DNA of 64,000 bases from Octopus vulgaris (GCA_951406725.2 OX597832.1:71424001-71488000); one strand, 5' to 3'. Shown: positions 1 through 13,000, counted from the first letter of the stretch. The notes: generated by a model from the letters alone, not told the origin. Made by a program: numbers and translations.

Positions 1-645
<645 letters not shown>

Positions 646-672
646 TATATATATATATATATATATATATAT

Positions 673-809
673 TCTTTCTTTTCTTTTACTTGTTTCAGTC
701 ATTTTGACTGCGGCCATGCTGGAGCACCGCTTTTAGTCGAGCAAATCGACCCCGGGACTTATTCTTTGTAAGCCCAGTACTTATTCTATCGGTCTCTTTT
801 GCCGAACCG

Positions 810-810
<1 letters not shown>
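673..810 (-). mobile_element. SINE 3' fragment
   Basis: Reverse complement of the recurrent tail GGCGGTGCTCCAGCATGGCCGCAGTC..ATGACTGAAACAAGTAAAAG. Confidence 0.75.
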
Positions 811-887
<77 letters not shown>

Positions 888-1120
888 GGAGGCGCAATGG
901 CCCAGTGGTTAGGGCAGCGGACTTGCGGTCGGAGGATCGCGGTTTCGATTCCCAGACCGGGCGTTGTGTGTGTTTATTGAGCGAAAACACCTAAAAGCTC
1001 CACGAGGCTCCGGCAGGGGATGGTGGTGATCCCTGCTGTACTCTTTCACCACTCTAAAGGCGGTGCTCCAGCATGGCCGCGGTCGAATGACTGAAACAAG
1101 TACAAAAAAAAAAAAAAAAA
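888..1120 (+). mobile_element. tRNA-derived SINE
   Basis: A box TGGCCCAGTGG, B box GGTTTCGATTCCC, tRNA-like head, shared SINE tail and poly(A). Confidence 0.85.
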
Positions 1121-1124
1121 TATA

Positions 1125-1211
<87 letters not shown>

Positions 1212-1248
1212 GAATGGAGTCGAACGATGATTTAACAAAATTCCTTTA

Positions 1249-1332
1249 TTCTCGACATATGTTTCGAAGACTGCATATTCTCAATTCCGAAGGAATAAAG
1301 GGTGCATTATGCTGCCTTCTCATCAGGAAAAA
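1249..1332 (-). ncRNA. Type I hammerhead ribozyme in pLTR
   Basis: TTTTC-CTGATGA-GAAGGCAGCATA...TATGCAGTCTTC-GAAAC-ATAT-GTC-GAGAA; palindromic stem III ACATATGT. Confidence 0.85.
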
Positions 1333-1907
1333 CAAGGAACTTATGTCAGCATCATGACGAACAAAAACTTTTAGATGACTGCCCACACGGAGTCCATAGT
1401 GATAATGAGTGTTTCTTTAAAATATTCCGTTATAAGCAGTGACGTCAAAATTGGTTGGATGGAGAAGATTCTAAAGAGTTCAAGAGTTTAAAAATGGTTG
1501 GAATGGGAAAGTTCTAAGAATAGGAGGGTGACAGAGTGCAAGTCGTATGTATGGTGATGCGTTGTTGTTTGCTTTTGCTAATGAGATTGAGTGCCTATGT
1601 GTGTGTATGTATATAACTGCATTCGTGTCTATGTGTGTGTGTGTGTGCGTGATTGTGTGTGTGTGGGGATAAATGTCAAATACATCTAGTGGTGAAGTGA
1701 CAGTTTTATGTCTGTGTGTTTGTTTGTGCTTATAATAGAGAGAGGGAGAGAGAGAGAGGGGGAGAGGTAGAGAGACAAAGGTAGAACATACCCCAACGAG
1801 TTTGGTAGTAGTTCTTCATGTAACTGAGTATAAAAAAATTTTTCTATGGCGTTGTTGTAGAAGTAGAACCAATTTATTAAATTCAAGGAGGTTATCTATA
1901 TTATTCA

Positions 1908-2340
1908 TCATTCATATGAGTGGAAGGTGTGCTTCCTCCAGTGCATGCACCTATAGGATTTTTCTACCATTGTGTTTACTAAAGGGAATTTGGCGAAAAG
2001 TATATAGAAAAGTTCGGAATTACAGACGGCACAATATTTTCTGCCCTTATCAAAAGGAAAGGATACAGACAATATGGACCATTCCAGCTTGAAAGTTATA
2101 TTGTTGTCCTTAAGACGCCAAACTAATTTACTTAGTCCTGTACTTTGTTGTTTTCTCTTATCTCGGAAAGTTGAATAATGATTGGAAATTCTATGGGATA
2201 ATTTAGAAGTAGTCACCCCAACATAGAAGAAGACACCGGTACCGGAAGCAACTTTACACTGGTAAATGGAATTTCTAATTTTGGAATTGCTGGATAAGAA
2301 CTTTAATCTGTTAGGGTTTACCTCAGAGACTAAGACGGAG
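1908..2340 (-). pseudogene. GIY-YIG endonuclease domain of PLE
   Basis: NSIYQCKV..FYVGVT..RISNH..F..STGLSKLVW.LKD..W.IL..CAVCNSE..VN..E..RCMH. Confidence 0.85.
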
Positions 2341-2711
2341 TTTTTATTGTTATGATTGTTGTTAATATTATTGCTAGCACTGACCCCTATACTATTTCTA
2401 TTATTGTTATTATTATTAATTGTACTATCGCCGGCAATATCCCTGACTATAGAAATGATGCCGTTGTTATCATCAATACTATCATTGTTATTGGAAATGC
2501 TGTCGTTGTTACCACTAACACTTCCACTGTTAATAATCTGACTAATATTATTATTAATATTACCATTGTTAATGCCAACGCTGTTATGAATGTTGCTATT
2601 ATCAATATTATTTCTATTATTATTATTGTATGTTTGGTTGGAATTGGTAATAATAGTGTTGTAACTACCGGGGGTGAAGAATCCTTGTTTAGCAGCTTGT
2701 TATTATGGGAT

Positions 2712-3040
2712 GTGTCTTCTTCTATGTTGGGGTGACTACTTCTAAATTATCCCATAGAATTTCCAATCATTATTCAACTTTCCGAGATAAGAGAAAACAA
2801 CAAAGTACAGGACTAAGTAAATTAGTTTGGCGTCTTAAGGACAACACTATAACTTTCAAGCTGGAATGGTCCATATTGTCTGTATCCTTTCCTTTTGATA
2901 AGGGCAGAAAATATTGTGCCGTCTGTAATTCCGAACTTTTCTATATACTTTTCGCCAAATTCCCTTTAGTAAACACAATGGTAGAAAAATCCTATAGGTG
3001 CATGCACTGGAGGAAGCACACCTTCCACTCATATGAATGA
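2712..3040 (+). pseudogene. Inverted duplicate of the GIY-YIG C-terminal part
   Basis: ORF 2705-3040 is nearly identical to the 1908-2216 product. Confidence 0.85.
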
Positions 3041-3599
3041 TGAATAATATAGATAACCTCCTTGAATTTAATAAATTGGTTCTACTTCTACAACAACGCC
3101 ATAGAAAAAATTTTTTATACTCAGTTACATGAAGAACTACTACCAAACTCGTTGGGGTATGTTCTACCTTTGTCTCTCTACCTCTCCCCCTCTCTCTCTC
3201 TCTCTCTCCCTCTCTCTATTATAAGCACAAACAAACACACAGACACAAAACTGTCACTTCACCACTAGATGTATTTGACATTTATCCCCACACACACACA
3301 TAGACACAAATGCAGTTATATACATACACACACATAGGCACTCAATCTCATTAGCAAAAGCAAACAACAACGCATCACCATACATACGACTTGCACTCTG
3401 TCACCCTCCTATTCTTAGAACTTTCCCATTCCAACCATTTTTAAACTCTTGAACTCTTTAGAATCTTCTCCATCCAACCAATTTTGACGTCACTGCTTAT
3501 AACGGAATATTTTAAAGAAACACTCATTATCACTATGGACTCCGTGTGGGCAGTCATCTAAAAGTTTTTGTTCGTCATGATGCTGACATAAGTTCCTTG

Positions 3600-3683
3600 T
3601 TTTTCCTGATGAGAAGGCGGCATAATGCACCCTTTATTCCTTTGGAATTGAGAATATGCAGTCTTCAAAACATATGTCGAGAA
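3600..3683 (+). ncRNA. Hammerhead copy with core mutation (GAAA->AAAA)
   Basis: Inverted copy of 1249-1332; reads GTCTTCAAAACATATGTC. Confidence 0.7.
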
Positions 3684-3877
3684 TAAAGGAATTTTGTTAA
3701 ATCGTCGTTCGACTCCATTCTTTCATTTATTTATAGTAAAAAAACACACAAATTTCCACACGAAAGCACGGGATTTCTGCCCTTGTCATGTAGCTTCAAC
3801 CGTGATTTCTGACGTAAATTTGCTACCCGGGTATCGGTTAGCCGAATTATCCATACTAGGATAATTCATTCAACTAC

Positions 3878-3915
<38 letters not shown>

Positions 3916-4205
3916 CGTTCAGAGATGTATTATTACTTATATATATTGGTTTTTAATTATGTAAAATCCAAACTTTTAACAAGATTTTTATTTAACAGTG
4001 AATTGTGCAGTTCAATTTTACCTCCATTCAGACTTTATCTTAGTCATAAATTTTGATGATCATTCCTATATTGTGTTACATTACACACTGGTGCTGACAT
4101 GTAGGTAGGTACACATATGCAAACATATTTATATAAGCATAAATATATTTATATACACATGCACTGTCATATATTTATATGGGTGTGTATATATATATAT
4201 ATATA

Positions 4206-6208
4206 GTAGAAATATGTTACGAAAAGAAAATATAAAATACACGTGGAAATGTAAGGGTAAAATATGAAAAATCAACGAAAATGCATATTGCAAATAGAAA
4301 AAGGCTATTTATGACAGGTAGTGACAAATATATACATTTAGATTAACTGACGTAGTAATACGAGTCATAACGGTCATTATTATGAGATGATTATAAGATG
4401 TTAATAAAGTAAGAGAAGAAAACAAACCAATAGTTTACGCGAAGGCTATTCATCATTTGAACACCGGTTAATATACAGTGTCAGGTCTAATAGTTCCTGA
4501 GAAAAAAGATTATTTGTAAGGGAGGTAAGAAGTTCTGGAATTAGAGATGTGAGTGATGTAGGTAGTGTATAGGGTATAGTGGTTTCAATTGAAGAGTTAG
4601 TGGTGTTCTGTATTGAGTTGTGTGTTCATATTTAGTTGGGGGGAGAAATTTGTTGATGAAAAATGCCTCTTTATTCAACCTTTGTTGCATTGTGGTGTTC
4701 TGTGTGCATTGGTAAAAGGGAAATATTTGGAAATTGGGATTAAGATTCCTGGCACATCTTTCTATGTGTTGACTCACTTTTAACTGTCTGTATTGTGGGT
4801 GACGGATTTGCTCTTCGTGAATGGTGATTCTTTGACGGAGTGAAATTCCTGTTTGTCCAATATAGAGTTTACCACATCCAAGCATGTCATGACATAGATT
4901 ACATTTGCTGAGGCGCAGGTGAAATTTGATTTGATCTTAAATATTTCTCCTTGTTTGAATTGGAATTCTGAACCCTCCAGAAGGTGGGGGCATGTTCCAC
5001 AGTTAGAACGTCCACATTTTGTCACTTTTGGCTCAGTAGTTAGTGGGTAAAGTCTAGTGCCGGTTAATATTCTTTTCAGTGACTTTGGTTGCTTTTTGCT
5101 TTTTATAATTTTATATGAGCTTAAAATTTCATTCATTGTTTTGTCTGCTGTGAGGATGGGAAGGTTTGGGGTGATGATGTTAAAGGCTTCGTTGTTTCTG
5201 GGGTTATGTGTGGAGATGTATGGGAGTATTTTTAAGTCTTGTTTAGTATTTCGGCTAGTTTTCCTTAATCTTTGTATATCTATTTCCTTAGCTCTTTTGA
5301 TGCCTTCATTTACTAATGAGATTGGGTAGTGTCTTCTAGTTAGTGTAGATCTAAGTTCAAGGAGTCTATGTTCACGAGTGTATGTATCGGAAACTATGGT
5401 GCAGATTCTTTTTGCTAGGTTAAAGGGTATGTTGATTTTTATGTGTTTGGGGTGGCAGGAGTTAAATAATAGGTATTGTTTAGAATCTGTGGGTTTATAA
5501 AAGATGTCTGTTTCTATGTGGTTGTTAACTATTCTAATCAAGATGTCTAGAAAAGGTAGTTGCTTACTGTTGTGTTCCATAGTGAATTGTATATTGCTGT
5601 GTATGTTGTTGAGCATTCTTTTGAAATCAAGTTGATCCATGCTATCTTGCCAAAGTATGAAGCAATCATCTAAATATCTCTTCCAGTTCTCATTTAAGTA
5701 GCAATTGAAAGAGGCGCCATATTTTTCTAGTGATGATTGGTATAACTTAAGTTCGTGGTAACCCATTACGAGGTTTGCAATCACTGGAGCAGCTCTGGTC
5801 CCCATTGCAATTCTGCATTTCTGTCGATAGTAAGTAGTATCAAACAAGAAATGATTGTTCAACAGGACTAATTTCAGTGCTTCAATTATAAAATTGTGGT
5901 TAATTCGTCCTGGGATCTCTTCTGGGTATTTTTCTAGCCAAAATGTGATTGCTTCTATACCATAGTCGTGTGGGATATTAGTGTATAGATTCACCACATC
6001 GAAAGACACCAGTAGAGTTCCGTCCTTTACTGTCTTCGGGAGGTGGTTCAGCATGTCTAGGTCATCCCTGATATAGCTTTTCACATATTTTAAAAGAGGT
6101 TTGAGTAATATGTCAAGGAAGTTAATCAAACGGTGGGTTTCGCAAGAAGGGCCAGCTATGATGGGTCTGAGTTTGAGGTCAGTAGGTGGAGGGACATTAA
6201 TGCATAGG

Positions 6209-6210
<2 letters not shown>
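4206..6210 (-). mobile_element. Penelope-like element (Neptune-type), 5'-truncated, in (TA)n
   Basis: PLE RT followed by a Cys-rich linker and GIY-YIG; TA runs at both ends. Confidence 0.9.
4541..6200 (-). pseudogene. PLE reverse transcriptase + GIY-YIG endonuclease (one frameshift near 4885)
   Basis: RPIIAG, SFDVVNLYTNIPH, AMGTRAAP, RYLDDCF, PFLDI, YKPTD..SCHP, CGRSNCGTC, NVIY..C..C..YIGQTG..R...H..H..E..FI. Confidence 0.92.
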
Positions 6211-6254
<44 letters not shown>

Positions 6255-6267
6255 CATTTATGCACAT

Positions 6268-6450
6268 ATCATCATCACCATCATTATCTAATATTCAATT
6301 GATGTGGATTGAATGGTTTGATAGGAGCTGACAAGTCAGAAGACTGTATCAAGCTCTACTGTTTACTTTAGCATGGTCTCTACAGTCGGATGCCCTTCCT
6401 TATACAAACCACTTTACGGAGTGTACTGTGTGCTTTTTATGTGTATCAGC
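6268..6450 (-). mobile_element. RTE 3' tail fragment
   Basis: (CAT)n then GGATGCCCTTCCT..AACCACT..GAGTGTA..GTGCTTTTTA. Confidence 0.6.
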
Positions 6451-7479
6451 AACAGTGATTGCTGCTTGCTAGATTTGAGACAGTGAGAGGGGGGGGGGAT
6501 CTGCGTATTTCAGGGAGAGAATCACTTCTTTCTTTTTTTTTCTAGTTTTTAAGTTGGGAAGTTTTGGCTTTCTCTAGGTGGAAGGAAAAAAGGAAAAGGA
6601 TCTATGTTTTATCTTAAGATCTTTTATTATTACTAGTATATCTGTTTTGGCTTTATTAAGCCTGATCAGCACAAATTAACTTAAAATTTTTTTCTTATGT
6701 CTTTAAACTAGTCCATATAAAGTCATTTAAGACTTGAAAGTTATTGATTTATGTATATATATTTATTTGCTTTTTTTCTTTTTTGAAAAGAAGGAAAAGA
6801 ATGATTGAGAGAGACTGAGAAACAATAAAGTTTTTCTTACATAGTTCTTAATGTTGAATCTCTCCATATATTCCTGTCCAGTTTGTTCACCCTGTGTTAT
6901 GGCTTTCTGCATAACCACATGTACATGCTTGTGCCACAGGTTCACACAGTCCACGTCATTGTCTTTATCAGGTGCAAATTCTAAACTTTCTGGCATTGTT
7001 TTCTTTTCGCTTCATCCTTCAAGATGAATTCAGATGGTACCCGTCTATATTTTATCTTGCCTTGGCTCTCAAGCCAACTGTTTCAGTGGATGGGAGCTAA
7101 AATTCAGCCATTGTTTTGAACTCACATGTTTGTTGCTTGCTGGACTTGCTATTATGGCAGTTAGTGAATGAGTGAGAGAGAGAGAGAGGAAAGGAGAATC
7201 TGTATTTCAGGGTAGAGAATCACTTCTTTCTTTTTTTCTAGCTTTAAGCGGAAATGTTTTTGTTTTCTCTGGGTGGAAGGAAAAAGAGAAGAACAACAGT
7301 GAGTGGTGAACCAGGGTGGAGGGATGAGACGGTAATAAGGAGATAGGATGTAATGGAGATATTTGTCAGGGACAGATTGTGTACAGGGGCATGGATACAA
7401 ACAACATGCCTTTGTGACCTTGATTTTACTTAGCTGGAAGGATTCTCTCAAGCATAGCAAATTGCCAATCAGTTTAGTC

Positions 7480-7805
7480 CCTTGTCCTATGAGGCTCAAC
7501 ATCTAAAAATTATTTTCACCACTTCATCCTACATCTTCCTAGGTCTTCCTTTCCCACAAGTTTCCTCCATATTCAGAGATTGGGATTCTTTATGCAGCTA
7601 TCCTCATCCATACATATCATATGACCATATCAGTACACTCTTCTCTCTTGCACACTAAATCTGATATTGCTTATGCCCAATTTTTCTCTCTATACATTTA
7701 CACTTGTCATACATATAAATTTGCATTTTACATCCAGCAAAGCATGCCAGCTTTATTTCCTCATGTCCTCAGGAGTCACAACCCATATTTCACTACCATG
7801 TAACT
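7480..7805 (-). mobile_element. Degenerate RTE C-terminal fragment
   Basis: Similar to other RTE copies (GRPRK.W / HGSE regions) in reverse. Confidence 0.65.
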
Positions 7806-7811
7806 CAGTAA

Positions 7812-9400
7812 CCATTGAATGGTTAGTGAGAGCTGTGCAAGTTATGTTCAGGGACGCTGTCAGTAAGGTGGGGGTTGGCAATGTGTACAGTGAAGAATTC
7901 CGGGTAGAGGTAGGGGGTCCACCAAGGTTCAATCCTCAGCCCCCTCCTATTTATCATAGTCCTCCAGCCAATAACAAAGGAATTCAAGACAGGATGCCCC
8001 TGGGATCTCGTCTATGCTGACAACCTTGCTCTATTTGCTGAATCACTATCAGAACTAGAGAAGTTTCAGGTGTGGAAACAAGGATTAGAATCGAAGGGCC
8101 TTAGAGTCAACCTAGCTAAAACCAAAGTCCTAATAAGTAGGAAGGCAGACAAACCACAAATCCCTGCTTGATCTGTAGAAAAGGCGTAGGTAGAAACTCT
8201 ATAAGATGTACCCAGTGTAAGCATCAATATCAAAGGAAGGCAAACTGTGAAGATAGTTTTTGTATGTGGCAGATGCTCAGGAGCAATAAACATTGAAAAT
8301 ATGCAGAGAACAACTTCCACCATATTCCAAGGAGAAAATTAGAAGTAGTTGATAGCTTCCATTACCTAGGTGACCAAGTCAGTAGCGGGGGAGGATGTGC
8401 TGAAAGTGTAGCTGCTAGAATAAGAATAGCCTGGGCAAAGTTCAGAGAGCTCTTACCTCTACTTGGTGACAAAGGGCCTCTTGCTCAGAGTAAAAGGTAG
8501 ACTGTATGACACATGTGTATGAACAGCCATGCTACATGGCAGTGAAACATAGGCCATGACTGTTGCAAACATGCGTAAGCGCACAAGGAATGAAGCCAGT
8601 ATGATCCGATGACAGAGTGTAAGTACCTTGAGAGAAAAGTTGAACCTAAGAAGTATCAGATGTGGTGTGCAAGAGAGACAACTGTGCTGGTATGGTCATG
8701 TGGTGAGAATAGATGAGGATAGCTGTGTGAAAAAGTGCCACACCCTAGCGGTTGAGGGAACCTGTGAAAGAGGTAGACCCAGGAAGACCTGGGATGAGGT
8801 GATGAAGCATGACCTTCGATTATGCCTCATCGAGATAATGACCAAGGCCTTTGGAAATATGCAGTGTGTGAGAAGACCCGGAAAGCCAAGTGAGACCATA
8901 ACCCATGGCCTATGCCTCAAATCAAATTCGATGACTGGCACCCATACCAGTAGAGTGCTAAGAGCCCCATCCAAGCATGATCGCTGCCAGAGCAGCTGAC
9001 TGGCCTCCGTGCCAGTGGCATGTAAAAAGCACCATTCAAACATGATCATTACCAGCGTCACCTTACTGGTACTTGTGCCAGTGGCATGTGAAAAACATTT
9101 GAGCGAGGTCGTTGCCAGTTCCGCTGGACTGGCTCCTGTGCAAGTGGCATGTAAAAAGCACCACTTGAGCGTGGCCGTTGCCAGTACCACCTGCCTGGCC
9201 CTCATGCCAGTTGCAATTAAAAGCACCCACTACACTCTCAGAGTGGTTGGCATTAGGAAGGGCATGCAGCTGTAGAAACTCTGCCAGATCAGACTGGAGC
9301 CTGGTGCAGCCATCTGGTTCATCAGTTCTCAGTTAAATCGTCCAACCCATGCTAGCATGGAAAGTAGACGTTAAACAATGATGATGATGATGATGATGAT
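7812..9400 (+). mobile_element. RTE LINE, 5'-truncated, with repeated 3' UTR units and (GAT)n tail
   Basis: VHQGS.LSP, YADN, NLAKTK, YLGD, WYGHVVR, GRPRKTW; frameshifted. Confidence 0.92.
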
Positions 9401-9900
9401 GTAACATAACTATTCCTACATAATCATCGAATAATCTGCCTTTCACTCAGAGGGGGAGGCTCTTTGTAACCAACAAAGATGATAGCTCTCTGACCAGTTC
9501 ACACCATCATTATCGTTATGTAGGTAGGATGGTCATCACAGTCAGTATCAGCTCATATTTAGGACTGCAGCTCACCTACATGAATCAAGGGACCTCATCT
9601 TGTTTTTTCATTTCTGTCTTGTTTTTTAAGATCAGATGCCCTTCCTATCATCAAACCTTCCACAATTTTAAGTAAGTGCTTATCTATTACACTTGTCTTT
9701 GGGCCTATTGAACTACAGGATGTCTTTTTTAAAGGGAATGTAAACATAATATCAGCATTTTTACGGATGGTATCAGGCAAAATTCAGAATGTTAATTTAT
9801 ACACACATACACATGCAAATATGGACACATGCCAACACACATATACATACTTCGTACACACACACAAACACATACTCCCCCATCATACATTGTCTGTCTG

Positions 9901-9935
<35 letters not shown>

Positions 9936-10268
9936 TTCATACAATGAGTTTCCTTACATTTTCCATCAACTACTTCCATTTGCAAAGCACTGGTGCCTAA
10001 TTCTACAGTAGAAGACTGCTGCCTATGTTGCCATACAAAGGAAGGGAAACTTAAACTACATGGTTACACAGCAAACTTTGTATTCAAATAATCATGCCTA
10101 CACCTATATATATAAACAACTTATAAATAAGGGCAAACGAAAAAAATTTCTAATGCCAAATATGCCGAAAATTGGACATATTGTCCATTTACCATATAAT
10201 ATTTTTCCCAGTACGCACGCTACTTGAAAAAAATGTCGACAGAAATCTCTAAAAAATTCCATTATTAC

Positions 10269-10328
10269 CATATTGGACCGATTTCAGGGTCAGTTCAAAA
10301 AGAACCCTCCCTTCGTCAGTGATACATG
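10269..10328 (-). ncRNA. Hammerhead-like motif (imperfect stem I)
   Basis: CTGACGA-AGGG..GTTC/GAAC..CCCT-GAAA-TCG-GTC; two mismatches at the base of stem I. Confidence 0.55.
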
Positions 10329-10788
10329 TGGCAAAGAAGTAAATGAGATACTTACTCATACCCATGGAAGAAGCAAACACTAAGTCATGAGCCCAACTAA
10401 GTACCCCAAATAAATCCAAAATAGAAATACTCCAGCCCATTCAAGACACGTGCGATTTGAACTGAGACACTCACAGAGTGGGAGAGTCCGGAAGTGAACA
10501 CTATTAAATTTATATCTAATGTAGGATAAAATTTTTTTGAAAAAAATTTTATCCTACTTTAGATAAAAAATTTTTCGAAAAAATTTTATCCTACATTAGA
10601 TATAAATTTAATAGTGTTCACTTCCGGACTCTCCCACTCTGTGAGTGCCTCAGTTCAAATCGCACGTGTCTTGAATGGGCTGGAGTATTTCTATTTTGGA
10701 TTTATTTGGGGTACTTAGTTGTGCTCATGACTTAGTGTTTGCTTCATCCATGGGTATGAGTAAGTATCTCATTTACTTCTTTGCCACA

Positions 10789-10847
10789 TGTATCACTGAC
10801 GAAAGGAGGGTTCTATTTGAACTAACCCTGAAATCGGTCCAATATGG
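10789..10847 (+). ncRNA. Hammerhead-like motif, inverted copy
   Basis: CTGACGAAAGGAGGGTTCTATTTGAACTAACCCTGAAATCGGTC. Confidence 0.5.
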
Positions 10848-12779
10848 TAATAATGGAATTTTTTAGAGATTTCTGTCGACATTTTTTCGAGTAGCGTGCG
10901 TACTGGGAAAAAAATTATATGGTAAATGGACAATATGTCCAATTTTCGGCATATTTGGCATTAGAAATTTTTTCGTTTGCCCTTATTTATAAGTTGTTTA
11001 TAATTTAACCTTTAAAGGTATTTTTTAATATGCTGGCCATTGATAAAATTTTTTTCGAAAAAATTTTATCCTACATTAGATATATATATATAAACATATA
11101 TGTAAAAGCATTGCAGTGTCTTAGTAAATCACTGCAAATTTATTTGCATGAGTTAATAATCAGAATGTTCAGGTATTGGGATCATTTTAAGTCATTGGTT
11201 TATATACTTCAATTTCTTTTTTTTTTTTTTTTTTTCTTTTGGTACAAGTTGGTCTTAACTAATATAGAGATTATAAATTATTTTGAAACCATCTTAGTCA
11301 TATCAATAATTCGAGTTTTGAATATTGTTTTCTTTGATGATTGTGAATTTCTTGTCATGTGTTTGTGAAGATATGATGAAAGGTTAAGGTAGGATAGCGA
11401 TCATATTTGATGGCCTAGGCTATACTTTTGTAAAATAAATGACCACTAAAATTATGTTTTAATTCCTCCATTTATCTGTATAACTTTATGTTATTACCAG
11501 CAATTATAAGCAATTCAGTGCATCCACATTAAATATAAACATACTGCAGGTGTTTGTTCACTAATAAATGGCAGCACACATTTTGTAAACATACATACCG
11601 TTTTGAGCAAGTTTTGAGCCTACATTGAGTGCATTGGATGCAAGGAGATTTTTTAAGCCACTTTTGGGTAAAAAAAAAAAGGTGAGTCTTATAGGCCATC
11701 AAATATGGTATTTAGTACAGATATCACACTTTATATATCAACATTATCATAAATTGACACTTATTCCTTTTTCACAGTTGGATCTTAAATTAGAAAGCAT
11801 AGCAGAGGTAAATCATATTATAATCACACTATCATACAAAATGGTGTCACACTGCAAGATGGTATACAATATAGTATTACAGGTGTAAAACACCATGCAG
11901 TATGGTGTCACACACACCATGAGACCACTTCTTGTTTGTGAAATAATTTTCATTTCTCTACTTTTCAGTAAAAGATGATAAATCTTGATGCATTAGTTAT
12001 GCTTGTCTATCGCTCATATTCGGAGGTGACATATCTAACTTATAATCTCTCTAATGCATTAGATAAATACACTTTATGACATTCTGTGATACAACCAGGA
12101 AGAAATTCACTTTTAATTTTTCTAAATAAAAATCAAGAGAAAAGAATAGGAAATTGTTTCTCTGGCTACTCATTCTACCTATTAACTTTCATATAAAGAG
12201 ACAAAGTGAGTAAGAAGGCATTAATATAAGTGTGAAATAGATAATTAAGATCCAACTGCCTAATCAGGGTAAAGTATTCCAGCAGATCAAAAGTTGGCTA
12301 TAAGATATTCATAGCTAGGGTGAGTAAGAAAGAGACAAAGGGTGGACAAGCAACTGAGAATGGCAGGAGTACATTTATGTGAGTTGTTGCATGAACATAT
12401 TCATGTTGCAAGATTAGGGTGGATATTCACAGCTGTTCCAGAGATTTGGTGATTGGTAAATGCTGTAATGCTTATTATGCTAAAAGGTATATATAATGAA
12501 GTAATAATTTTGCACAGCAGGTGAGCAAAAATATTATCAACCATGCTTCATGTGAGTTGATAATATTTTTACTTCTTTGCTGTGTATGATTATTGTTACT
12601 CTTTTTCGATCCTCTGTCTCTATTCTCTCTTATATACTTTTAGTGTCATGGGGGTACACCCTCACCATCTCTTTCCAGCTGGAGAAGACATGTATTTTTT
12701 CTTCAATCAAGGCACCTGTTCTTGATTTTCTATTATTACCTTAAAGCCACTTCTTTCAATGCTACACTTCCACTCAGCT

Positions 12780-13000
12780 AAGGAGTCTTGTTTTACAGGT
12801 TACTTGGTGACCTCACTAGTGCAGGTGTCAATGAAAAAGCATCTAGTACACTTTGTGTTAAGTGGCTGGCTTTAGGAAGAACATCCAGCCATAGAAACTA
12901 TGTCTAAAGCAGATAGTGGAGCTTTGCACAGCCCTTTAGCTTGTCAATTCCTGTCAAACCCATGCCTGCATCGAAAATGGACAAAAAACAATAATGATAA
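12780..13000 (+). mobile_element. RTE-tail-type repeat fragment
   Basis: AAAAAGCA..AGTACAC..GTGGCTGGC.TTAGGAAG..CATCCAGCC.TAGAAAC. Confidence 0.6.

Larger units (their letters stand above)
1207..3879 (-). mobile_element. Penelope-like element: 5'-truncated copy (2711->1207) plus inverted partial copy (2712->3725) and tail to ~3879, in (TA)n
   Basis: About 1 kb near-identical inverted arms, each with a GIY-YIG C-terminus and an HHR motif. Confidence 0.9.
10111..11085. mobile_element. ~890 bp palindrome (10111-11002) plus tail; probable non-autonomous PLE derivative in (TA)n
   Basis: Arms of ~445 bp, nearly identical; HHR-like motif in each arm; tail 11042-11085 directly repeats 10562-10604. 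Confidence 0.75.

Noticed and set aside
888-962. Possible tRNA-Arg gene
   Set aside because: Poor acceptor stem and continues into SINE body and tail
2352-2735. Hydrophobic 127-aa ORF resembling a membrane protein
   Set aside because: Antisense reading of the Asn-rich PLE linker
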